From an uncultured Actinomycetota bacterium (GTDB lineage: Bacteria; Actinomycetota; Actinomycetes; Propionibacteriales; Nocardioidaceae), in the NCBI GenBank assembly GCA_963769585.1, contig CAVYMJ010000001.1:750178-814177 (forward strand): DNA of 64,000 nucleotides, written 5' to 3'. Made by a program: the position numbers and the translations under genes. A model generated the notes under the pieces. The model saw nothing but the letters and a program-made list of their open reading frames with translations. It made no database searches and was not told the DNA's origin. Below are positions 8,401 to 19,686 of the stretch, piece after piece. The stretch's first letter is position 1. Each line of letters opens with the position of its first letter.

Positions 8401-8691
8401 GGGACTCCAATCTTCAGATGCCCGAGCCGGGAAGAACCCCTCCTCCGGTACCCAGAGTAGGTGCTGGACTGTGCCCACTAGCCCGCCTGTCCATGCGAGA
8501 ACGGTGTGACTTTCCGCAGAATCCGGCAAACCCGACAGAAGGTCGGGGAGTCGAGCGTTGATGACGTGGTGATCCCTGTCTCGTCACGATTGCGCAACGT
8601 CAGCGTGGGCGTCCTTGACCAGGGTGGTCGGCCGGGCAGAGGTTTGCGGATGCATGGCGCGCCGTCGCGCCGTTGAGGAGGAGAGCCACGC

Positions 8692-9678
8692 GTGTCCGTG
8701 CCCATGGACCTGTCCGCCGGGGAGGCCTCGCCGATCCCCGGAGAGACTGGCGTCATCGAGGGCCGGTCGCTCGGGCAGATCGCGTGGCGAAGGCTCCGAC
8801 GCGACAAGATCGCCTTGGCGGGCCTGGCCTTCCTGGTCTTCCTGGTGCTCGTGGCGATCTTGGCGCCAGTGATCGTGAAGCTGTTCGGCTACCCGCCCAA
8901 CGAGTTCCACCAGGACCCCGCGCTGCTGGTCCCTGAGCTGGGCAACATCCCGCGCGGCACCTTCGGTGGCATCAGCCCTGACCACCTGATGGGCTTGGAG
9001 CCGGTCAATGGCCGGGACATCTTCAGCAGAGTGGTCTACGGCGCACGCATCTCGCTGCTGATCGCCATCCTCGCCACGGCGCTCTCCGTCGCCATAGGCA
9101 CCACGCTGGGTGTGACGGCCGGCTACCTCGGAGGCTGGGTGGACGCGGTGATCAGCCGGATCATGGACATGTTCCTGGCGTTCCCGATCCTCGTCTTCGC
9201 GATCGCACTGGGAGGCGTCGTCCCCGACTCCGCCTTCGGCCTCACCGGCACCACCCTTGACGTGGTCACGCTGATCTTCATCATCGGCTTCTTCAACTGG
9301 CCCTACATCGGCCGGATCATCCGGGGCCAGACGCTGTCGTTGCGGGAGCGCGAGTTCGTCGACGCCGCCCGCAGCCTCGGCGCCCGCAAGGGCTACATCC
9401 TGCGCACCGAGCTGCTGCCCAACCTGGCAGGGCCGATCCTCGTCTACGCGACGCTGCTCATCCCCACCAACATCCTGTTCGAGGCGGCCTTGTCCTTTCT
9501 CGGGGTAGGCGTGGACGCTCCGACCGCCACCTGGGGCGGGATGCTCGCGCAGGCCGTCTCCTACTACACGCTTCCGTACTTCATGCTGTGGCCCGGTCTG
9601 GCGATCTTCCTGACCGTGCTCTCGTTCAACCTCTTCGGTGACGGCCTCCGGGACGCCATCGACCCGAAGTCGCGCTGA
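8692..9678 (+). CDS. peptide/nickel-type ABC transporter permease (DppC/OppC-like)
   Basis: GGAGGAG lies about 9 nt before GTG 8692. Multi-TM protein. EAA-type loop REFVDAARSLGARKGYILRTELLPN. Confidence 0.85.
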   Translation: MSVPMDLSAGEASPIPGETGVIEGRSLGQIAWRRLRRDKIALAGLAFLVFLVLVAILAPVIVKLFGYPPNEFHQDPALLVPELGNIPRGTFGGISPDHLMGLEPVNGRDIFSRVVYGARISLLIAILATALSVAIGTTLGVTAGYLGGWVDAVISRIMDMFLAFPILVFAIALGGVVPDSAFGLTGTTLDVVTLIFIIGFFNWPYIGRIIRGQTLSLREREFVDAARSLGARKGYILRTELLPNLAGPILVYATLLIPTNILFEAALSFLGVGVDAPTATWGGMLAQAVSYYTLPYFMLWPGLAIFLTVLSFNLFGDGLRDAIDPKSR

Positions 9679-9754
9679 CGCGGGACGGACACAAGCCCAC
9701 ACCGCAAGTGATGTCCAGCAGGAACGGACACAACAGGAAAGGGAACGAAGAACC

Positions 9755-11506
9755 ATGAGACACAGGCAAGTGAGGACGCTCGCCGCACTGGCCGTCGTGT
9801 CCGCGATGACCCTCGCGGGTTGCGGGAGCGACGACGACGGGAACGGAAGTACGGTCAACGGCACCAAGGGCGAGTTCAACTCAGCCATCGGCGCCGTCTA
9901 CAACGCCTCCGACAAGACCGGCGGCACGCTGAAGCTGGGCAAGGCCGGCGACTGGGGCGACTCGGTCGACCCCGGCGACACCTACTACGGCTACTCGTGG
10001 AACTTCGCTCGGAACTACGGCCGCTCGCTGACGATGTTCAAGGTCGTTCCCGGGTCGGACTCCGCAGAGCTGGTTCCGGACCTGGCCGAGGATCTGGGCG
10101 TCGCCACCGACGGCGGCAAGACCTGGACCTACAAGATCCGCCAGGGCGTGAAGTTCGAGGACGGCAGCGAGGTCAAGGCTGCCGACGTCGCCTACGGCGT
10201 CGCCCGGTCGTTCGACCGTGAGGTGCTCCCGAACGGCCCCGAGTACTTGGCCGCGGGGCTGGACTGGCCTGAGGGCTTCACGGGGGTCTTCAAGGACCCG
10301 GACGCCGACTTCAGCTCGGCGATCGAGACCCCGGACGACTACACGATCATCTTCCACCTCAAGCAGGCGTACGCCGGCTTCGACTACTTCGCGATGCTGC
10401 CGCAGACGATCCCGGTGCCCAAGGCCGCTGACACCGGCGCGAAGTACAAGGAGCACGTTGTCTCCACTGGCCCGTACAAGTTCGAGACCTACGATGCGGG
10501 CAAGCACTACGTGCTGGTGCGCAACGACCAGTGGGACCAGTCGACCGACCCGAACAGGAACCCGCTGCCGGACACGATCGACGTCCAGCTGAACCTGGCT
10601 CCGGACGACGTGGACAACCAGATCATCGCCGGTGACCTGCACGTCGACATCACGGGCACGGGCGTCCAGCCCGGCGCGCTGAACAGGGTGTTGAGCGATC
10701 CCACGCTCAAGGCTCGCGCTGACAACCCGGAGGCGCCGCGGACGAACTACGTCTCGGTCATCGGGACCGTCAAGCCGCTCGACAACGTCGAATGCCGCAG
10801 GGCCGTCGGTTGGGCGGTGGACAAGACTGGGTACCAGGCCGCCTACGGTGGCGAGTTCGCCGGCGGTGACATTGCGACCTCGATGCTTCCGCCACTCATC
10901 CCGGGGCACGAGGGCATCGACCCCTACGGCACCCCGGACAACAAGGGTGACGTCGCGAAGGCCAAGGAGGCTCTCGCCGCCTGTGGCCAGCCCGACGGGT
11001 TCTCCACGGTGATGGCCTACCGCACCGAGCGTCCCAAGGAGAAGGCGACCGCCGAGTCGTTCCAGCAGGCGCTGGCAAAGGCTGGCATCACCCTTACCCT
11101 CAAGGGCTACACCGAGGGCGACTACTTCTCGCAGTACGTCGGCAACCCGAAGTTCGCCAAGGACAACGGCATCGGCCTGGCTACCAACAGCTGGCAGGCG
11201 GACTGGAACGACGGCTTCGGCTTCCTGTCACAGATCATGGACAGCCGAGTCATCCGTCCCGGCTCGTCCAACCTCTCTGTGCGGGACCCGGAGATCGACG
11301 CGCTGATCGACCAGGGGCAGGTTGAGCCCGACGTCGAGAAGCGCAACGCGATCTGGGCCGAGATCGACCAGAAGGTCATGGACAACGCCTTCGTCGTTCC
11401 GGGTGTCTGGTCGAAGGCGGTCACGCTCCGTGGAACGGGTCTGACCAACGTCTTCGTGAACGAGGCGTTCGGCCAGTACGACTACATCTCGATGGGCGTC
11501 GAGTAG
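9755..11506 (+). CDS. ABC transporter substrate-binding lipoprotein (family 5, peptide-type)
   Basis: ATG 9755 follows AGGAAAGGGA. Signal peptide plus lipobox MRHRQVRTLAALAVVSAMTLAGC. About 580 aa, typical for family-5 SBPs. Confidence 0.85.
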   Translation: MRHRQVRTLAALAVVSAMTLAGCGSDDDGNGSTVNGTKGEFNSAIGAVYNASDKTGGTLKLGKAGDWGDSVDPGDTYYGYSWNFARNYGRSLTMFKVVPGSDSAELVPDLAEDLGVATDGGKTWTYKIRQGVKFEDGSEVKAADVAYGVARSFDREVLPNGPEYLAAGLDWPEGFTGVFKDPDADFSSAIETPDDYTIIFHLKQAYAGFDYFAMLPQTIPVPKAADTGAKYKEHVVSTGPYKFETYDAGKHYVLVRNDQWDQSTDPNRNPLPDTIDVQLNLAPDDVDNQIIAGDLHVDITGTGVQPGALNRVLSDPTLKARADNPEAPRTNYVSVIGTVKPLDNVECRRAVGWAVDKTGYQAAYGGEFAGGDIATSMLPPLIPGHEGIDPYGTPDNKGDVAKAKEALAACGQPDGFSTVMAYRTERPKEKATAESFQQALAKAGITLTLKGYTEGDYFSQYVGNPKFAKDNGIGLATNSWQADWNDGFGFLSQIMDSRVIRPGSSNLSVRDPEIDALIDQGQVEPDVEKRNAIWAEIDQKVMDNAFVVPGVWSKAVTLRGTGLTNVFVNEAFGQYDYISMGVE

Positions 11507-11522
11507 AACCCGAAGGAAGGAA

Positions 11523-12581
11523 GTGGGTGGCCGGCCCGCAGCTCCGGGCCGGCCACCTACCCACACCGTGATCGCTTACATCATCCGCAGGCTTGTTGCG
11601 GCCGTCGGCCTGCTCTTCGTGGTCAGCCTGGTCACGTTCTCGATCTTCTACCTCGTGCCGAGGTTGCTCGGCACCTCCCCGGAGGGACTGGCCTCGCGTT
11701 ACGTGGGCCGCAACGTCACCGAGGAGACCGTCGCGGCGACGACGGAGCGGCTCGGCTTCAACGACCCCTTCTACATCCAGTACGGCACCTGGGTGAAGGG
11801 CATCGTCGCGGGTCAGGACTACGACTACGGTGCTGGCATCGAGCGCTGTCCGGCACCCTGCCTCGGTTACTCGTTCCTCACCAGGGAGCCGGTGCTGCCG
11901 CAGCTTCTCGACCGGATGCCGGTCACGTTCTCGCTGGCCCTGGGGGCCGCGGTCCTGTGGCTGATTGCGGGCATCGGCATCGGCGTGCTCTCGGCGCTGC
12001 GACGGGGGACCTTCTTCGATCGTGCGGCGATGACCGTCGCGCTGGCGGGCGTCTCCCTGCCGATCTTCTGGACCGGCCTGATGAGTCTCAGCTTCTTCTC
12101 CTACAAGTGGGGCATCACCGAGCGTGGCGGGGTGTACACGCCACTGACCTCCAACCCGGCCGAGTGGGCCTACGGGCTGATCCTGCCCTGGATCACCCTG
12201 GCCTTTCTCTTCTCCGCTCAGTACGCCCGGCTGACCCGTTCCGGCATGTTGGAGACGATGAACGACGACTACATCCGCACCGCCCGTGCCAAAGGCCTGC
12301 GAGAACGCAGGGTGGTGGCCAAACACGGGCTGCGTGGTGCGTTGACCCCGCTGGTGACCATCTTCGGGCTGGACTTCGGCCTGCTCATCGGCGGCGCCGT
12401 GCTGACCGAGACGACCTTCTCGTTGCCGGGCCTGGGTCAGTACGCCATCCAGGGCATCAACTCCAACGACCTACCCAAGATCCTCGGCGTCACGCTGTTC
12501 GCTGCCACCTTCGTGATCGTCGCGAACCTGGTCGTGGACATCCTGTACGCCGTCGTCGACCCGCGAGTGAGGCTCGGATGA
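11523..12581 (+). CDS. ABC transporter permease (DppB/OppB-like)
   Basis: The family-typical N-terminus IAYIIRRLVAAVGLL appears at residue 17, preceded by GTG 11568, which is an alternative to GTG 11523. Loop DYIRTARAKGLRERRVVAKHGLRGAL. Confidence 0.8.
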   Translation: MGGRPAAPGRPPTHTVIAYIIRRLVAAVGLLFVVSLVTFSIFYLVPRLLGTSPEGLASRYVGRNVTEETVAATTERLGFNDPFYIQYGTWVKGIVAGQDYDYGAGIERCPAPCLGYSFLTREPVLPQLLDRMPVTFSLALGAAVLWLIAGIGIGVLSALRRGTFFDRAAMTVALAGVSLPIFWTGLMSLSFFSYKWGITERGGVYTPLTSNPAEWAYGLILPWITLAFLFSAQYARLTRSGMLETMNDDYIRTARAKGLRERRVVAKHGLRGALTPLVTIFGLDFGLLIGGAVLTETTFSLPGLGQYAIQGINSNDLPKILGVTLFAATFVIVANLVVDILYAVVDPRVRLG

Positions 12582-13660
12582 CCCCCCGCGAGAAGGGCTC
12601 GCGCCTGCTCAGCGACCAAGGAGCTCCGGCTCAGCCGCCGACCCACTTCCTCCAGGTGCGTGACCTCAAGGCCCACTTCCCGACCGACGACGGCCTGGTG
12701 AAGTCGGTGGACGGGCTCTCCTTCTCCATCGAGCGCGGCAGGACTTTGGGGATCGTCGGAGAGTCAGGCTCCGGGAAGAGCGTGACCAGCCTGTCGATCA
12801 TGGGCCTCCACCAGCGCGGCACCGCGGACATCTCGGGCGAGGTGTGGCTCGACGGGCAGGAGCTGGTCACGGCCGACCCCGAGGACGTACGGCGGCTGCG
12901 GGGCAAGAAGATGGCGATGATCTTCCAGGACCCGCTGTCGGCCATGCACCCCTACTACACGGTCGGCAACCAGATCGTCGAGGCGTACCGCGTCCACAAC
13001 GACGTCAGCAAAGCGGTGGCGAGGAAGCACGCCATCAACATGCTCGACCGGGTCGGCATCCCCGAGCCGCAGAAGCGCGTGGACGCCTACCCGCACCAGT
13101 ACTCAGGGGGGATGCGGCAGCGAGCGATGATCGCGATGGCGCTCTCCTGCGACCCGGACCTGCTCATCGCCGACGAGCCAACCACGGCGCTCGACGTCAC
13201 CGTCCAGGCCCAGATCCTGGACCTGATCCGAGACCTGCAGCGTGACTTCAATGCAGCGGTCATCATCATCACGCACGACTTGGGCGTGGTCGCTGAGCTG
13301 GCCGACGACATCCTGGTCATGTACGCCGGCCGGGCGGTCGAGTACGGCCCGGCCGACTCGATCTTCAACCATCCCGAACACCCGTACACGTGGGGGCTGC
13401 TCGGCTCCATGCCGCGCCTGGACCGGGTCCGCAGCGAGCGGCTCATCCCCATCGACGGCACCCCGCCGTCGCTGATCAACCTGCCCAGGGGCTGCTCGTT
13501 CAACCCGCGGTGCCGGTACGACGGCAGGACCGACGGCAAGTCGACCACCATCGACCCTGAACTGGCGGACAACGGCGCGGGAGGACATCTGGTGGCCTGC
13601 CACCTGCCCCCGGAGACGCGCCGCCAGATCTGGTCCGAGGAGATTCAGCCCAAACTATGA
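12578..13660 (+). CDS. ABC transporter ATP-binding protein (DppD/OppD-like)
   Basis: ATG overlaps the permease stop (ATGA). Walker A GESGSGKS, signature YSGGMRQR, Walker [13 protein letters not shown], and a C-terminal oligopeptide-type extension containing cysteines. Confidence 0.9.
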   Translation: MTPREKGSRLLSDQGAPAQPPTHFLQVRDLKAHFPTDDGLVKSVDGLSFSIERGRTLGIVGESGSGKSVTSLSIMGLHQRGTADISGEVWLDGQELVTADPEDVRRLRGKKMAMIFQDPLSAMHPYYTVGNQIVEAYRVHNDVSKAVARKHAINMLDRVGIPEPQKRVDAYPHQYSGGMRQRAMIAMALSCDPDLLIADEPTTALDVTVQAQILDLIRDLQRDFNAAVIIITHDLGVVAELADDILVMYAGRAVEYGPADSIFNHPEHPYTWGLLGSMPRLDRVRSERLIPIDGTPPSLINLPRGCSFNPRCRYDGRTDGKSTTIDPELADNGAGGHLVACHLPPETRRQIWSEEIQPKL

Positions 13661-14706
13661 CCGAGACGACTACGGACCCCGTCCGACGCCACCAGGTCGG
13701 TGAGGAGATCCTCACCGTCCGGGGCCTGGTGCGGCACTTCCCGATTCGCGCCGGAGTGCTCAAGCGCCAAGTGGCCGCGGTGCAGGCCGTCGACGGCATC
13801 GACTTCTCGATCCGCAAGGGGGAGACGCTGTCGCTGGTGGGCGAGTCCGGCTGCGGGAAGAGTACGACCGGCCGGCTGATCACCCGCCTGGACGAACCCA
13901 CCAAGGGTCAGATCGTCTTCGAGGGTCGCGACATCACCCACCTCAGCGATAGTGCGATGAGACCGCTTCGCCGGGACATCCAGATGATCTTCCAAGACCC
14001 GTACTCGTCGCTGAACCCTCGGCACACGGTGGGCAAGATCGTCGGCGCACCCTTCCGCCTCCAGAAGGTCGCGCCGACGGGCGGCGTGAAGAAGACCGTC
14101 CAGGACCTTCTCGAGCTGGTCGGCCTGAACCCCGAGCACTACAACCGCTACCCCCACGAGTTCTCCGGGGGCCAGCGACAGCGCATCGGCATCGCCCGCA
14201 CCCTCGCCCTCAAGCCCAAGCTGATCGTGGCCGACGAGCCGGTCTCAGCGCTCGACGTCTCGATCCAGGCGCAGGTGGTCAACCTGCTGGAGGATCTCCA
14301 GGAGGAGCTGGACCTGACCTACGTGATGATCGCGCACGACCTGTCGGTGGTGCGGCACGTGTCGGACCGGGTCGCCGTGATGTATCTGGGCAAGATCGTC
14401 GAGCTCGCGGAGCGCGACGACCTCTACCAGCAGCCTATGCATCCGTACACAGTCGCGCTGATGTCCGCCGTACCGATCCCGGACACGGCCCGCCGCCGCG
14501 GCCGTGAACGCATTCGGCTCGAGGGTGACGTGCCGTCGCCGATCAACCCCCCGCCGGCCTGCCGCTTCCACACCCGGTGCTGGAAGGCCCAGGAGATCTG
14601 CAAGACCGACGAGCCGCCTATGCTTCCTTTGGCGCCGGGTCACACAGTCGCCTGCCACTTCCCCGAGAACCAGCCCGTCACGTCCCAGACGCCGTCGGCC
14701 TCCTAG
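13657..14706 (+). CDS. ABC transporter ATP-binding protein (DppF/OppF-like)
   Basis: ATGA overlap with the previous gene. Walker A GESGCGKS, signature FSGGQRQR, Walker [13 protein letters not shown]. Confidence 0.9.
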   Translation: MTETTTDPVRRHQVGEEILTVRGLVRHFPIRAGVLKRQVAAVQAVDGIDFSIRKGETLSLVGESGCGKSTTGRLITRLDEPTKGQIVFEGRDITHLSDSAMRPLRRDIQMIFQDPYSSLNPRHTVGKIVGAPFRLQKVAPTGGVKKTVQDLLELVGLNPEHYNRYPHEFSGGQRQRIGIARTLALKPKLIVADEPVSALDVSIQAQVVNLLEDLQEELDLTYVMIAHDLSVVRHVSDRVAVMYLGKIVELAERDDLYQQPMHPYTVALMSAVPIPDTARRRGRERIRLEGDVPSPINPPPACRFHTRCWKAQEICKTDEPPMLPLAPGHTVACHFPENQPVTSQTPSAS

Positions 14707-14766
14707 GCTCTCGCGAGCCGAGCGTCGTGTTGGGGATAGCGCGCGACACCAGGCATCCTTGGCACC

Positions 14767-15330
14767 ATGGATGACGAAGGGGTGGAGCCGCCCTGGCAGC
14801 GGACCGTCGTGACGGGCCTGGGCGCACTTGCGGTGGTCGCGGTGCTACTCGGCGTCATGGTCGGTCTGGCAGCAGTCGGGGCGGCCCGGGTCAGCGGTGT
14901 CGGTGACTCCGCGAACGGCCCGAACGAGCTGGACTCCCTGTACATCCCGCCCTACCAGAAGACGCCCCAGGTGGACGAGGGCGAGCCGACCCTGCCGGCC
15001 CCGCGGGTCCGGGTCACCGCCGTCCCGCTCGACCCCACCACCGGTCCTCCCGGCGCCGTGGGTGAGATCACGCTGTACGCCAATCCGACGGTGGTCTCGC
15101 CGGGGGAGCGCGTCAACCTCAACGGCCTCTACCTCGACGGCGAAGGGGTCAGGCTGCAGGTGCAGCGACTCGAGGGCGACGCCTGGATCGACTTCCCGAC
15201 GACGGTCAGCGTGCGTAACGGGGGGTTCGGCACCTACATCTCCACCGGCCGGCCCGGGGAGAACGTGTTCCGGGTGTTCGACCCGACGACGGGCCGCTCG
15301 TCTCCGCATATCACTGTGACTGTCGGCTGA
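14767..15330 (+). CDS. hypothetical membrane-anchored protein
   Basis: 187 aa with a single N-terminal TM helix (VVTGLGALAVVAVLLGVMVGLAAVGAA) followed by a probable extracytoplasmic beta-rich domain. The codon-bias frame was checked by eye. Confidence 0.55.
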   Translation: MDDEGVEPPWQRTVVTGLGALAVVAVLLGVMVGLAAVGAARVSGVGDSANGPNELDSLYIPPYQKTPQVDEGEPTLPAPRVRVTAVPLDPTTGPPGAVGEITLYANPTVVSPGERVNLNGLYLDGEGVRLQVQRLEGDAWIDFPTTVSVRNGGFGTYISTGRPGENVFRVFDPTTGRSSPHITVTVG

Positions 15331-15404
15331 CCCAGTTCTCTGCCGGACCGCCCGCACAGTCCGGGAATGACTCGGCCGTTCCGGCGGTTGAGGGCAGAGG
15401 CAAA

Positions 15405-15425
15405 GTTGAGTTGATCTGACTCAAG
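15405..15425. promoter_or_regulatory. HspR operator (HAIR) GTTGAGT-N7-ACTCAAG upstream of dnaK
   Basis: Matches the HAIR consensus CTTGAGT-N7-ACTCAAG at 13 of 14 positions. It is 80 bp before the dnaK start. A TTGACA -35-like hexamer follows at 15430-15435. Confidence 0.8.
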
Positions 15426-15504
15426 TCTTTTGACAGACTCGGTGGCGACGGGCTGAGATAGGCCCCGACCCAGACCGAGCAGCACCAGTGGAGGTAGCAC
15501 AGAC

Positions 15505-17375
<1,871 letters not shown>

Positions 17376-17379
<4 letters not shown>

Positions 17380-18020
17380 CCGAGGCGTCCGAGGGGAGCC
17401 ACTTCCCTGACGAGGGAATGGTCGACTTCGACACCGAGCTCGACGACCACTCCGGGGACGGGCCGGCCCCCGGAGTGGCACCCGCCGGGACACTCGGCGA
17501 TGAGGCCGTCGACCCGAAGGTCGCGGAGCTCACCTCCGACCTGCAGAGGTTGCAGGCCGAGTACCTCAACTACAAGCGGCGTGTCGACCGGGACCGCGAG
17601 CTGGTGCTCCAGAACGCCAAGCTCTCGATCCTGTCGTCGCTGCTCCCTGTCCTCGACGCGGTGGACCGGGCCCGCGAGCATGGTGAGCTCGAAGGCGGCT
17701 TCAAGGCCGTCGCTGAGTCGCTGGCGAACGTGGTCGAGAGCCAGGGACTGCACAAGTTCGGCACCCCCGGCGACGAGTTCGACCCCCGGCACCATGAGGC
17801 TCTGATGCACGGCCACAGTCCGGACGTGACCACCTCGACCTGCCAGAACATCGTTCAGGCCGGCTACCAGATCGGGGACCGCGTGGTCCGCCCGGCTCTG
17901 GTCACCGTGGTCGACCCCGAGCCGGGAGACACTTCCGAGGGGGAGCGGAGCGACCCCGTTGACGAGGCTCTCGGTGCGACGAAGCTTGACACGGAACCAG
18001 GACAAGACGGTTCGGAGTAG
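17376..18020 (+). CDS. grpE: nucleotide exchange factor GrpE
   Basis: GTGA overlap with dnaK. Motif [15 protein letters not shown]. Position between dnaK and dnaJ. Confidence 0.9.
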
Positions 18021-18035
18021 CAGAGGGGAGGGTGC

Positions 18036-19172
18036 GTGACCAACACCGACTGGGCGACCAAGGACTTCTACAAGACCCTGGGCGTGAGCAAGGACGCCTC
18101 GTCCGCCGACATCAAGAAGGCGTACCGCAAGCTGGCGCGCGCCAACCACCCCGACTCGCACCCCGGCGACAAGGCCGCTGAGGAGCGCTTCAAGGCGATC
18201 GCCGAGGCGTACGACGTGATCGGCGACGACGCCAAGCGCAAGCAGTACGACGAGACCAGGGCGCTGTTCGCCGGCGGTGGCGGGTTCTCCGGTGGCATGC
18301 CCGGTGGTGCAGACCTCGGCGACTTCTTCGGTGGCAACGTCGGCGACTTCCTGGGCGGGGTGTTCGGCGGTGGCGGCCGACGTACGACGCGCACGTCAGG
18401 GCGAGCCCGCCGCGGGGCAGACATCGAGACCGACGCCACGATCAGCTTCACCGACTCGGTCGAAGGCGCCACCGTCTCGCTTCGCCTCAGCTCCGACGCG
18501 CCCTGTCCGGACTGCAGTGGGACCGGTGCCCGTGCCGGCACCATGCCGCGGGTCTGCCCTGAGTGCGAAGGGGTCGGGATGCGGGCGGCGAGCGTCGGCG
18601 GTGCCTTCACCTTGAACGAGACCTGCCCCGCGTGCGGAGGCCGCGGCCTGGTCGTAGAGGACCCCTGCCCCACCTGTCACGGTTCTGGCCGCGGGTTCTC
18701 CAACCGCACCATCTCGGCGCGCATCCCTGCCGGGGTCAAGGACGGCCAGCGGATCCGGCTGCGCGGCAAGGGTGCGAACGGTGAGCAGGGCGGTCCCCCG
18801 GGCGACCTCTACGTCAATGTGAAGGTGGCACCACACCCTGTCTTCGGCCGTCGGGGCGACAGCCTGACGCTCAAGGTGCCGATCGCCTTCCATGAGGCCG
18901 CCCTCGGCGCGGAGGTGAAGGTTCCCACGCTCGGTGGAGCGCCGGTCACCGTCAAGATCCCACCCGGAACACCGGCAGGCCGGACGTTCCGGGTGCGGGG
19001 CAAGGGGATTCGCAGGAGCGACGGCCATCAGGGCGACCTGCTCGTCACGGTCGAGGTGCAGGTCCCGCCCCACCTGACCGACGAGGCGAAGGCAGCCGTG
19101 GAGACCCTGAGGTCGGCCATCCCCGACGGTGACCTCCGGGCCGGACTGTTCAGCTCTGGCGGCGCGCGATGA
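18036..19172 (+). CDS. dnaJ: molecular chaperone DnaJ
   Basis: J domain with HPD (ANHPDS), a G/F-rich linker, and four CxxCxGxG repeats (CPDCSGTG, CPECEGVG, CPACGGRG, CPTCHGSG). Confidence 0.95.
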   Translation: MTNTDWATKDFYKTLGVSKDASSADIKKAYRKLARANHPDSHPGDKAAEERFKAIAEAYDVIGDDAKRKQYDETRALFAGGGGFSGGMPGGADLGDFFGGNVGDFLGGVFGGGGRRTTRTSGRARRGADIETDATISFTDSVEGATVSLRLSSDAPCPDCSGTGARAGTMPRVCPECEGVGMRAASVGGAFTLNETCPACGGRGLVVEDPCPTCHGSGRGFSNRTISARIPAGVKDGQRIRLRGKGANGEQGGPPGDLYVNVKVAPHPVFGRRGDSLTLKVPIAFHEAALGAEVKVPTLGGAPVTVKIPPGTPAGRTFRVRGKGIRRSDGHQGDLLVTVEVQVPPHLTDEAKAAVETLRSAIPDGDLRAGLFSSGGAR

Positions 19173-19576
19173 CCGGCACACCGAGCCCCGAGGTCCCGGT
19201 CTACGTGATCAGCGTCGCGGCCGAGCTGACCGGACTCCACCCGCAGACCTTGCGCACCTACGACCGCCTGGGGTTGGTCTCACCGGGCCGCGCAGGCGGT
19301 GGCGGGCGGCGCTACTCCTGGCGTGACATCGAGCAGCTCCGTGAGGTCGCCGAGCTGACCGGGTCCGGGATCGGCCTCGAAGGCGTCCGTCGCATCCTGC
19401 AGCTGGAGAACCAGGTCGGGGCGCTGCGGGACCGGGTCCGCGAGCTTGAGGACGAGCTCGCGGCCGCGGAGTACGCCGTGCGCCGGGTACTCTCGGAAGG
19501 AGTGCGCAACCTACCGGCGGTGCCCCAACCGGGTTCCACCGGCTCCTCAGTCGTGGTCTGGCGCCGGCGCAGCTGA
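19169..19576 (+). CDS. hspR: heat-shock repressor HspR (MerR family)
   Basis: ATGA overlap with dnaJ. MerR-type HTH YVISVAAELTGLHPQTLRTYDRLGLVSP. It is the last gene of the dnaK operon. Confidence 0.9.
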   Translation: MTGTPSPEVPVYVISVAAELTGLHPQTLRTYDRLGLVSPGRAGGGGRRYSWRDIEQLREVAELTGSGIGLEGVRRILQLENQVGALRDRVRELEDELAAAEYAVRRVLSEGVRNLPAVPQPGSTGSSVVVWRRRS

Positions 19577-19622
19577 GCTTCGTGTCGGCCATCGCCGGAC
19601 GCTGTCAGCCGAGACGCCTGAC

Positions 19623-19639
19623 GGTAACTCGGAGTTACC
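19623..19639. promoter_or_regulatory. perfect 17-bp palindrome GGTAACTCGGAGTTACC (candidate operator, or a small hairpin after hspR)
   Basis: Read directly. It is 47 bp after the hspR stop and 48 bp before ATG 19687. It shares the core ACTCGGAGT with 983-997. Confidence 0.4.
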
Positions 19640-19686
19640 GATAGCCTCACCCCTGGGTACTGAGTCGGTTGTGAGGGTGGTGGGTC

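Noticed and set aside
8401-8691. 291-bp divergent gap before the ABC operon as a possible riboswitch or small-ORF region
   Set aside because: I found only short imperfect hairpins (e.g. CCCGAC-AGAA-GGTCGGG at 8531-8548) and no motif resembling a known riboswitch class. The ORFs here (8478-8807, 8615-8872) lack RBS and codon bias.
15259-15272. GAGAACGTGTTCCG, a near-match to the KstR-type box
   Set aside because: It lacks the outer T and A of TnnAACnnGTTnnA. It lies inside a coding sequence (codons E-N-V-F-R), about 240 bp from the nearest start. It is most simply chance.
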